A program made the position numbers and the translations under genes. A stretch of DNA of 64,000 bases from a virus. Taxonomy: Duplodnaviria; Heunggongvirae; Uroviricota; Caudoviricetes. The notes below the pieces were generated by a model. The model had not been told where the DNA came from. It searched no databases and saw only the letters and a program-made list of their open reading frames with translations. The DNA lies in IMG/VR virus record IMGVR_UViG_3300046692_000385; one strand, given 5' to 3'. Each line of letters starts with the position of its first letter. The stretch's first letter is position 1. This document shows positions 57,033 to 64,000 of the stretch, piece after piece.

Positions 57033-57338
57033 TTACTTCGAATTGGCTTGTTGGTCGAGGATCTGATTCACCCAGGCGACGAGCGCGTCGTGGTAGGTGG
57101 CGAGGTCGTGATACATCGCCACCACTTCGAGGTCGTTGTCGACGAACTCTTTAAGGGTGACGGGCCGCTCCGGCAGCAGCGGGAGCGCTCGCGACGTCTG
57201 CATCGCCGCTTGGGGCGGCACTAACAGCGATTCCTTGGCGGGCAGCGTTGAGCAGCCGGACAGTATCGACGTCGAAAGGCAGAAGCTGATCACCAGCGGT
57301 CGCAGGTTCTTCACAGCCAGGCGCTTGAGAGGTGTCAT
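57033..57338 (-). CDS. o-spanin (outer-membrane lipoprotein, Rz1-like)
   Basis: Signal peptide + lipobox LSGC; overlaps i-spanin gene in a different frame. Confidence 0.55.
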   Translation of the reverse strand: MTPLKRLAVKNLRPLVISFCLSTSILSGCSTLPAKESLLVPPQAAMQTSRALPLLPERPVTLKEFVDNDLEVVAMYHDLATYHDALVAWVNQILDQQANSK

Positions 57339-57606
57339 GTTGGGTTGCGGTTTTTCGGGGTTGGTCGAGCCGCGCGTTGACGGCCTTCACTACGCTTTGC
57401 ACCGCCGCTTCTTTGGTTGCCGCGACGGTCTCGATCTTCTGGCTCGCTGCGGTCGATTGCTGGATCGCGGCTGCCGTGTTCTTCACTTCCTTCTGGACTG
57501 CGACGACCTGCGATGCCTGGTTGAACTTGTGCTCGGTGTAGAACCCCGCACCGAACGCGAGTGCCACGACGATCGCGAGGATGCCGAGCTTGGAGAGGAT
57601 GCTCAT
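57151..57606 (-). CDS. i-spanin (Rz-like)
   Basis: N-terminal TM helix, periplasmic coiled coil, overlapping o-spanin. Confidence 0.55.
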   Translation of the reverse strand: MSILSKLGILAIVVALAFGAGFYTEHKFNQASQVVAVQKEVKNTAAAIQQSTAASQKIETVAATKEAAVQSVVKAVNARLDQPRKTATQHDTSQAPGCEEPATAGDQLLPFDVDTVRLLNAARQGIAVSAAPSGDADVASAPAAAGAARHP

Positions 57607-57609
57607 GAA

Positions 57610-57858
57610 TTACTCCGGTTTGGGCGGGATGCCCGGGCTCTCCTTCTTCATCGACATCCACACTCCGATGCCGGCAAACAGAGCCGCGGCGCCGGTGCCG
57701 AACGAGGTCGCAGAGAACGCGACCTTGTTGACCACCGTGTCCCACGTCTGGTTGAAAAGGAAGTCGAGCGAGGTGATAGCGGCCGCATACTTCGCCAGAT
57801 CAGGCGTCGCGTTATCCACCTCGGCGAACATCTTGTGGAGGAAGTCCTTGACGCTCAT
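57610..57858 (-). CDS. holin-like small membrane protein (start MSVKDFLH)
   Basis: ATGA overlap with endolysin stop; single TM FGTGAAALFAGIGVWMSM. Confidence 0.4.
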   Translation of the reverse strand: MSVKDFLHKMFAEVDNATPDLAKYAAAITSLDFLFNQTWDTVVNKVAFSATSFGTGAAALFAGIGVWMSMKKESPGIPPKPE

Positions 57859-58406
57859 GCCGCGCGCCCTCCGAGAAAGAGCTTTGCTTCGGCCTGGCGG
57901 CGACGCAGCAGACCCGCGATGTGCTGGCCGCCTGCCATGTCCCACTTCTCGAACTCGTGCGCCGCACCCATGTCGTCGCCCGAATTGAGGCGCTTGAGGA
58001 GCGTCGAGCCCGCGAAGTTTCCCGCGCCGATGTTGAACACCAGGTCCACCAGCGCGTCGAACTCGTCCTGCGTCAAGCCGTCTTGCTGCTTGGCGATGAT
58101 CACGAGGCGGTTGACGGCCGCGACCGCCCCTGCCACGTCAGCGATCAGTTGCGCGTCAATCTGGTCGTCGGTCCAGACGAGCCCGTATTTGACTTCGGGG
58201 CCGGTGTGACCGACGCCGATGGTCCAGGGTGCGCCCGAGAGCTTGAGCAGAGCCGAGGCGATCACGCCCGTCTTGAGCGCGTTCTGCCACATGCCAAGGC
58301 GTTGCAGCTCTTTGCCAAGCGGGGATGCGGGATCGGGATAGGCGAATTTGTAGCGCCCCTCGAACTGCGAGGTGAGCGCGATGCCGGATTTGGAATATTG
58401 CATCAT
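57855..58406 (-). CDS. endolysin, GH24 lysozyme
   Basis: SQFEGRYKFAYPD ... WTIGVGHTG catalytic-Glu region of T4/lambda-R-type lysozymes. Confidence 0.75.
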   Translation of the reverse strand: MMQYSKSGIALTSQFEGRYKFAYPDPASPLGKELQRLGMWQNALKTGVIASALLKLSGAPWTIGVGHTGPEVKYGLVWTDDQIDAQLIADVAGAVAAVNRLVIIAKQQDGLTQDEFDALVDLVFNIGAGNFAGSTLLKRLNSGDDMGAAHEFEKWDMAGGQHIAGLLRRRQAEAKLFLGGRAA

Positions 58407-58408
58407 GG

Positions 58409-58807
58409 TCAGTGCGCCACGAACTTGACGATGCCGACCAGAGCGCCGCTGCCGATGAGACCGCCGAGGATCGTGTAGACCACCTTCAGCGTGCCCGCCA
58501 TGCCCTTCACGGTCGCGACGTGCTCGATGTTGGTTTCGTTGAGCTTCGTGACGGCTTTGTTCGTTTCGACCAGGCGATCTTCGAGTTTCTCAACCCGCAT
58601 CTGAGTCGCCTGATGACGCTCCTCGAGAATGGCGAGTTTGGTGATGGCTGTCGCGATTTGCGAGAGCGCCCCTTTGATTTCGCCGACGTCGCGCTGGACG
58701 TCGTTGACTTGTTGCTCCAATGCGCCAAGATCAACAGGCATGTCATCGTTCCCAATCGTCACTACGAAATTCCCCTTGTCTGTCTCTTGCAAAGGCCAAG
58801 CCGGCAT
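58409..58807 (-). CDS. coiled-coil protein with C-terminal TM anchor (holin/antiholin candidate)
   Basis: C-terminal VVYTILGGLIGSGALVGIV; first gene of lysis cassette after paired motif copies. Confidence 0.4.
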   Translation of the reverse strand: MPAWPLQETDKGNFVVTIGNDDMPVDLGALEQQVNDVQRDVGEIKGALSQIATAITKLAILEERHQATQMRVEKLEDRLVETNKAVTKLNETNIEHVATVKGMAGTLKVVYTILGGLIGSGALVGIVKFVAH

Positions 58808-58811
58808 GATA

Positions 58812-58825
58812 AGTCAAAACTGACT
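58812..58825. promoter_or_regulatory. motif copy A (AGTCAAAACTGACT) of inverted pair
   Basis: Abuts start of lysis-cassette first gene. Confidence 0.5.
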
Positions 58826-58833
58826 GTGGGTAA

Positions 58834-58848
58834 AGTCAGTTTTGACTA
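58834..58848. promoter_or_regulatory. motif copy B AGTCAGTTTTGACTA
   Basis: 8 nt from copy A, opposite orientation. Confidence 0.5.
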
Positions 58849-58872
58849 TCGGTTCAACGACTTGGGACCGCC

Positions 58873-59205
58873 TTACTCGACGATCTCGCCGCCCGCCAGC
58901 ATGTAGCGGCTCGCCTGATACGGCATCGTCACCACCGCGCTCGAATCCCCTTCCGGTTCCGGCTTGATGAGCTCCTGCTCGACGAACGCAAAGCCGTCCT
59001 GGCCGTCTGCCGGGAAGCCTTGAATCGAGACCGGCTGCGGGAACGAGACCGGCTGCTTGCCTGCCTTGAAGGTCTCTGCCGAGACGTAGCTCACGACCGT
59101 GGCTGTGACGAACTTGTTCATGCGATCGAGGCTCACGCTCGACACGTAGTGGTAGGCGGCGACGCCGCCGGTGGTGTCGAGGGTGATCTCTTTTGCGATT
59201 GCCAT
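58873..59205 (-). CDS. hypothetical protein
   Basis: 110 aa, CAGGAG RBS. Confidence 0.4.
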   Translation of the reverse strand: MAIAKEITLDTTGGVAAYHYVSSVSLDRMNKFVTATVVSYVSAETFKAGKQPVSFPQPVSIQGFPADGQDGFAFVEQELIKPEPEGDSSAVVTMPYQASRYMLAGGEIVE

Positions 59206-59228
59206 GTCAAAACTCCTGATGGAATGAA

Positions 59229-59244
59229 TAGTCAGTTCTGAGTG
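59229..59244. promoter_or_regulatory. variant motif TAGTCAGTTCTGAGTG
   Basis: 22 nt upstream of ATG 59205. Confidence 0.45.
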
Positions 59245-59256
59245 TAACTCAGGGCA

Positions 59257-59802
59257 TTATATAAGGCCAGCGATGGTCTTGAAAATCTTGCCCGGCGTGA
59301 AGCAGATCGGCGCGCGCCATTGCGGACCCCAGGGCGAGCTTTTCCATTTCGGATTGCCCCGCTCGTCCAGACCCTCGAAGTAGTTCCACGCCTTCCAGCC
59401 GAGTTTGGTGCCGGTCGCGGTCATGATATTGAAGTAGCGCCCGTCTTTCGTGCGCGCATGAAAGTCGCATGTGCCGTCCGCGTGTCGTATGAAATTGACG
59501 ATCACCCAGTCTGCCGGCACGAAGTCGATTCCAAGCGGCCAGTAGCAGAAGCCATAAGCAGGATTGCGCCAGAGCCATTTCGTGCGTAGCCACCAGAGTG
59601 CAAAGCCGGTCGGTGGGCTCGCGAATAGACCGAAGTAGCCGTCACGCCAGCCCGCGTCGAGCGGTGCGTCGAAGGTCTGGAACCAGGCGAGCCAGTTCGG
59701 CAGCCAGCCATCACGCCGGCAGAAGGCTGCGACCACGGGCGCGGCGATGACCGCGAACACCGTGAACAGCAGGTTGATGAGAGTCAGGATTGCGTAGACC
59801 AC
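59257..59802 (-). CDS. Trp-rich membrane protein
   Basis: N-terminal TM helix; 181 aa. Confidence 0.45.
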   Translation of the reverse strand: MVYAILTLINLLFTVFAVIAAPVVAAFCRRDGWLPNWLAWFQTFDAPLDAGWRDGYFGLFASPPTGFALWWLRTKWLWRNPAYGFCYWPLGIDFVPADWVIVNFIRHADGTCDFHARTKDGRYFNIMTATGTKLGWKAWNYFEGLDERGNPKWKSSPWGPQWRAPICFTPGKIFKTIAGLI

Positions 59803-60254
59803 AGAGGCTCCAGGTGGGTTGCGGGTTGAAGGATTGCAGCGAAGGTGTTCGGGTCGTAGCGCCAGGCTTCGCGATAGCCGAGTGCTGCCGCGACCGCTTC
59901 GCTACAGAACCACTTGTCTTTCTCGCCCTCGTAGTGACGCCAGGCAAAGCCAAGCAGGCCGAGCGTGTCGTAGGGCTCGCCCTTGTGCTGGCTGAACCAG
60001 GCGAGCGCGGCCGCTTCTTGCGCGGGCGTCGTGCGAATCTCGATCACGTCCCAGTCGGCGAGGTCAAGCACCAGCTCCGCGCGGCGCACGCCCTTATCCA
60101 GATAGGTCGAGCTCCAGCAGATGCTCTTGCCGTCGGCAGTCTCACCCACCACCAGCTCCGCGTGGCTATAGGGGCCGTCCGTCCACCACTTCGTCATCAC
60201 GCCGAGCCAGCCTCTCACGCCCGGGTGACGCCCCTTAAAAAATGCGACCTTCAT
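59784..60254 (-). CDS. possible papain-fold (Cys/His) peptidase-like protein
   Basis: Start MKVAFFKG at 60254 with AAGGAG RBS; conserved-looking Cys (WFCSEAV) and His residues. Confidence 0.35.
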   Translation of the reverse strand: MKVAFFKGRHPGVRGWLGVMTKWWTDGPYSHAELVVGETADGKSICWSSTYLDKGVRRAELVLDLADWDVIEIRTTPAQEAAALAWFSQHKGEPYDTLGLLGFAWRHYEGEKDKWFCSEAVAAALGYREAWRYDPNTFAAILQPATHLEPLWSTQS

Positions 60255-60262
60255 GTGGCTCC

Positions 60263-60751
60263 TTATTGGATCGCTGCTGCGGTTTCGTTGATCTTCGCCA
60301 CGATGTCGTCGTAGGCGCTTCGGGCTGCTGCTGAAGAGGTGGCGGCGAGGATCTCGTATTTGCGCATGCGCAACACGCCGAGTGCGGAGAGCGCCCCGTT
60401 CAGACCGACCGCTTGCGCGAGGATCAGATCCGCGGCCTGCTGGTTGGTCTTGCCGGCAGGCGTTGCGAAGCCTGTCACCCACGGGCCGGGGTCGCCCGTG
60501 TAGCCAGCATCCTTAAAGGCCTGAGCCGCCGCCTCGCGCGACAGGTATTCCTGCTGAAAGCGGGTCCAGTTCGCGTAGACCGATGCCACCAACGAGTCGA
60601 TCTGCGCGGGCAGATCATCCTTCAGGTAGTCGAGCCAGCCCGCGTCGGTGTCGGCGATGAGCGCGTTCAGGGTGCCGTCATCGGCGGCGGCCCACACCTT
60701 GTTCGTGCTGACCATCCCCGTCACGGGATCGATCGCCTTCAGATACTTCAT
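60263..60751 (-). CDS. hypothetical protein
   Basis: 162 aa, coupled to tail-fibre gene. Confidence 0.45.
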   Translation of the reverse strand: MKYLKAIDPVTGMVSTNKVWAAADDGTLNALIADTDAGWLDYLKDDLPAQIDSLVASVYANWTRFQQEYLSREAAAQAFKDAGYTGDPGPWVTGFATPAGKTNQQAADLILAQAVGLNGALSALGVLRMRKYEILAATSSAAARSAYDDIVAKINETAAAIQ

Positions 60752-63700
60752 GCTGCCGCTCCTTCAAGTGCTGCAATGCGCGCGAGTGCGCTGTCGAGTT
60801 TGGCGGTGAGCGCCTGCACCGTTTTCATCAGCGGATCGATCAGGTCGGTCTTGTCAGCGACTTCCTTGACCGCTTCGATGAGCGGAGCCACGAGGTCGGT
60901 GTAGGCGACGCCGAGGTAGTCTTCCTTGCCCGGGCCAGCGCCATGAGCCGTGACCGCATCGGGGAAGTGCTTCTGAATCTCCTGCGCGATCACGCCGTAG
61001 TGCTTTTCGCCGCTTGCCTTGTAGACGTAGCTGACGCCACGAATCGCGCGGATTTTGGCGAGCGATCCCTTGAGCGTCTTGATCTTCTTCTTCAGGCGCT
61101 TGTCTGAACCGTTGCTGCCAACGCCGCTGCCCGAGATAACGAAGCGACCCACTTCGGACGTGTTGTTGTAGTTCACCGTGCGCAGCACGATGCCGCCCGC
61201 CGCTCCGCCGTTGTTACACGCAAGCCAGAGCGCGCCGTCGCCGTTGTTGTCGTTCCAGCTCATCGTGCCGCCGCCTTGGGTCAAGCCATAGCCGCCGCCA
61301 TAGCCGCTACCCGAGCAGCGCAGGTGATGTCCGCTGATTTCGGAAATGCCAAAAACCGAGCCGTTGAAGGTGCCGCCCGATTGCGACATTGGGTTCGACA
61401 CACCATTGACGCTACCCGCCGAGTTCGCGTAGTTGACGTTGAAATTGGACGGGTTCCAGACATACATATTGGTGCCGTCGCTGCCACCCCAGACCCAACT
61501 CGGCTGACCGCCCTGACCCGACCAGTTCCAGGTGCTGTCCGTCGTCGTCCCGTTGATGCGCACATGCGACGCGGTATAGATCAGGCCGTTCGTTTGCGCG
61601 GGGCTTGCCAGATTGCCGCTATGCCAAATCGTGTTGGGTGCGCCATAGTTGCCGCCGTTAGTCGCGAGCTGGAGCGTGCCGTTGTAAAGAAGACGGCACG
61701 ACGCGTTGCCGGATGCTTCGCTGCCGGCAATGACATAGCCACCGACCGCATGGAGGTTGCCGTTCGCATAGAGGTCAGCCCGCGCCGTGACATACCCCGT
61801 ATCACTGACTGTCAGATTGACGGCGGTGTTGGCGCTGTTGACGAACTCGATCGTGCTGTTGGCGAGGTTCGAGCGAAGCACCGGCACATAGCTGCCCGAG
61901 GAGAGCTTCAACTGCGCCATCGTGCCGTGATAGATATTGACCTGCGCGGTCTGAAGCTGAAGCGTGCCTGCGCCCGGCGTGCCCGAGATGCCGCCCGAGG
62001 CAATGATCCGCGAGTCGAAGTCGTTGGCCGTTCCCGAGCTGTGGAAGTCGATGAACGGCGTCATCGTGGCGGTGGTCGAGCCAAACTCGAAACTGCCGCC
62101 GAGCACGTTGAAGCCGCCGCCCACATTGAGCGCGCCCGTCACGTTCGCACCGCCCGTCACCTGGAGCTTGTTGGTGCCATCATCGGTCGCCGACCCAATC
62201 AGCACGCGACCGCCATACGTCATGCGCATGACGAGCGACTGGTTAATGTCGCTTGCTGCGTCGTTGGTGGTGTTGTTCAGGAAGAAGTCGAGATATTCCG
62301 TCCCATATGCGCCCGTGAAGCCCGAGTGCATCGAGGCAACCAGGCGCTGGCCCGTATCGGTGCCGGTGCCGAAGGTGCTGTAAAAGCGCAGCTTGCTCTC
62401 GCGCCCAATCGCGCCGCTCGATGCCTTGAGGTTCAGGTGCGCGTTGGTTGCGCTCGACACCATATCGATCGTGGTGGCGGCCGCAATCGTGCCGCCGGCC
62501 GACTTGTCGAACGGCGTGACGTTGGCGCTATCCCACGGGGTGGCCGTGCCAAAGACCGGACGCTGAGTGAACGTGGCGACGCCCGTTGCGGAGGCGATCG
62601 AAAGCGGGTTGTCGGCGAACGTGCCGCTCGTGTAGCGCTGAACGTTGAAGTTGTCCGCGGTCGAGGACTGAAGCCCCCAGGCTGTGGCGCCTGCGCTCTT
62701 GAACAGGACGTTCTTAGCCTGCCCCGCTGCCGTCGAGTCGAGCGTGAGCGTGGTCGAGGCATCCTTCAGGTAGATGTCGCCCCCGACCTGCAACGCGTTC
62801 GCGCCGTCGTCGGTGGTGGTGCCGACCAGCACGCGCGCGCCTGCGCTGACCCGGAACGCTTCTGCCGAGCCGTTCGAGAACGCGAGCGTGTTTGCGGCAG
62901 GCGAGTTGATGTAGGCGCCACCAGCGTTGAAGAGGATCTTCGGACCGGCGCCGGTAAGCGCGACGTTTCCGTTCACCTGGAACTTGTTCGTGCCGTCGTC
63001 GGTGGTCGAGCCCACGATCACGTTGCCGCCCGCCTCGCCGATCTTGATTGCGCCGGTCGAGCCGATGATGCGCAGGCGCGTCGCGGTGCCGTTCGCGTCC
63101 GACACGTAGAAGCCGAAGCTGCCGTCCGAGTCGCGCCCGAACATGCGCATGAGCGTGGTGCCCGAGTAGAGGTCGTAGCGCGCTTCCGAGCCGGTTGCAA
63201 CGGCGCTGCGGATCGTGCCGGCTGCCTGAATCAGCGCCGCGCCGTCATCGGTGACGTTACCCACCAGCACGCGACCCGCCGACGGCATCAGCTTCATCAC
63301 GCCCAGACCGATGCCGCCGCCCGCCGGGCGCGACACGCTGATCGCATCTTGCGACGAGCTGTAGGCGTCGTTCATCGAGCGAATCGCGAACGTGCCCGAC
63401 GAGTTGACGATGGTTTCCCAGGTCTTCTCGTCAGCGGCCGCGCCCTCGCGCGTAAGGAACATCGAGGTCTGCCCGGTGCCGCTGCCATTCGATGCGCGCA
63501 GTGCGCCCGAAGCCTTCGTGCCCTCGATCGAGCCGTTCACCTGCAGCGCATTGACGCCATCATCGGCCGTCGTGCCGACGAGAATGCGACCCGAGTTGGT
63601 GACGCGCATGCGCTCGACCTTGGCAACCGCGCCGCTCGGGGTCGTGTAAAGACGCAAGCCTGCCGGCGCGCTTGCGCTCGTCACATCGCCTTCAGCCCAC

Positions 63701-63939
63701 GCGTCGATCGAGGCCATGTCCTGATAGGCGGCACCATCGTAGCCGCGGAAGGTCAGCGTGCCTGACTGCCCGCCCGAGGCGAGAGCGCTCGGTGCGGAGA
63801 CGGTTCCAGCCGCGCCGCGCATGACAAGCGAGCCGCCCGTGCCGTAGCGTGTCGACTGAAACTTGGCGTTGTCGACCAACAGGTCGCCCGTCATCGTGTC
63901 GCCCGACTTCGAGACCGGGTTGCCGATCGAATTTGCCAC
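60748..63939 (-). CDS. tail fibre / tailspike with C-terminal S74 intramolecular chaperone
   Basis: C-terminal SDKRLKKKIKTLKGSLAKIRAIRGVSYVYKASGEKHYGVIAQEIQKHFPDAV is the autoproteolytic chaperone domain. Confidence 0.7.
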   Translation of the reverse strand: MANSIGNPVSKSGDTMTGDLLVDNAKFQSTRYGTGGSLVMRGAAGTVSAPSALASGGQSGTLTFRGYDGAAYQDMASIDAWAEGDVTSASAPAGLRLYTTPSGAVAKVERMRVTNSGRILVGTTADDGVNALQVNGSIEGTKASGALRASNGSGTGQTSMFLTREGAAADEKTWETIVNSSGTFAIRSMNDAYSSSQDAISVSRPAGGGIGLGVMKLMPSAGRVLVGNVTDDGAALIQAAGTIRSAVATGSEARYDLYSGTTLMRMFGRDSDGSFGFYVSDANGTATRLRIIGSTGAIKIGEAGGNVIVGSTTDDGTNKFQVNGNVALTGAGPKILFNAGGAYINSPAANTLAFSNGSAEAFRVSAGARVLVGTTTDDGANALQVGGDIYLKDASTTLTLDSTAAGQAKNVLFKSAGATAWGLQSSTADNFNVQRYTSGTFADNPLSIASATGVATFTQRPVFGTATPWDSANVTPFDKSAGGTIAAATTIDMVSSATNAHLNLKASSGAIGRESKLRFYSTFGTGTDTGQRLVASMHSGFTGAYGTEYLDFFLNNTTNDAASDINQSLVMRMTYGGRVLIGSATDDGTNKLQVTGGANVTGALNVGGGFNVLGGSFEFGSTTATMTPFIDFHSSGTANDFDSRIIASGGISGTPGAGTLQLQTAQVNIYHGTMAQLKLSSGSYVPVLRSNLANSTIEFVNSANTAVNLTVSDTGYVTARADLYANGNLHAVGGYVIAGSEASGNASCRLLYNGTLQLATNGGNYGAPNTIWHSGNLASPAQTNGLIYTASHVRINGTTTDSTWNWSGQGGQPSWVWGGSDGTNMYVWNPSNFNVNYANSAGSVNGVSNPMSQSGGTFNGSVFGISEISGHHLRCSGSGYGGGYGLTQGGGTMSWNDNNGDGALWLACNNGGAAGGIVLRTVNYNNTSEVGRFVISGSGVGSNGSDKRLKKKIKTLKGSLAKIRAIRGVSYVYKASGEKHYGVIAQEIQKHFPDAVTAHGAGPGKEDYLGVAYTDLVAPLIEAVKEVADKTDLIDPLMKTVQALTAKLDSALARIAALEGAAA

Positions 63940-64000
63940 CTGGTCCGCATGGGCAGCGGAGGCGGCCGCATTGGTCTCGGACGTCTTGGCGTTGGTTTCG

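Overview
This 64 kb window has about 65% GC and reads as a fragment of a tailed-phage or prophage genome. It may be a phage-plasmid. Nearly every gene sits on the minus strand and genes are tightly coupled, often with ATGA or GTGA stop/start overlaps.

Layout, left to right:
- Bases 1-310: the 5' part of a tyrosine integrase runs off the left edge.
- 0.4-35 kb: a large early / DNA-metabolism region. It holds a DnaQ-like exonuclease, a ParB-like nuclease, a P-loop kinase, MazG, ThyX, class I RNR alpha and beta, an SbcCD-like pair, a RuvC-like resolvase, a RecA-family recombinase, a flap endonuclease, an HNH homing endonuclease, an SSB-like protein, Pol III alpha (DnaE), a sigma-70-family sigma factor and a CobS/CobT-like AAA+/vWA pair.
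- 35.5-42.7 kb: an island of lower GC, with most genes on the plus strand. It carries plasmid-type maintenance and replication genes: two HTH regulators, ParA plus an RHH ParG-like protein, an iteron array next to a TrfA-like Rep gene, a ParD/ParE-like toxin-antitoxin pair and a minimal ATP-dependent ligase nucleotidyltransferase domain.
- 43.3-52.9 kb: more replication genes. These are a guanylate-kinase-like protein, a full-length ATP-dependent DNA ligase, a primase, a DnaB-type helicase, an Hfq-like protein and PhoH.
- 53-64 kb: late genes. These are a Gly-rich fibre, an HTH-metallophosphoesterase, spanins, a holin, a GH24 endolysin and a 1063-aa tail fibre with a C-terminal S74 intramolecular chaperone.

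The most unusual signal is a near-palindromic 14-16 bp motif with consensus TAGTCA-N4-TGACTA, most often TAGTCAGTTTTGACTA. I found at least 28 copies. Almost all lie in the short gaps between minus-strand genes, and one overlaps a start codon. In seven copies the motif is fused to a TATAAT-like -10 element. Some promoters carry two copies in opposite orientation. The motif is densest upstream of an XRE-type HTH gene. Together this looks like a global operator/promoter regulon.

I found no rRNA and no CRISPR array, and could not scan for tRNAs by eye. Coordinates for motifs and hairpins were read by hand and may be off by 1-2 nt.
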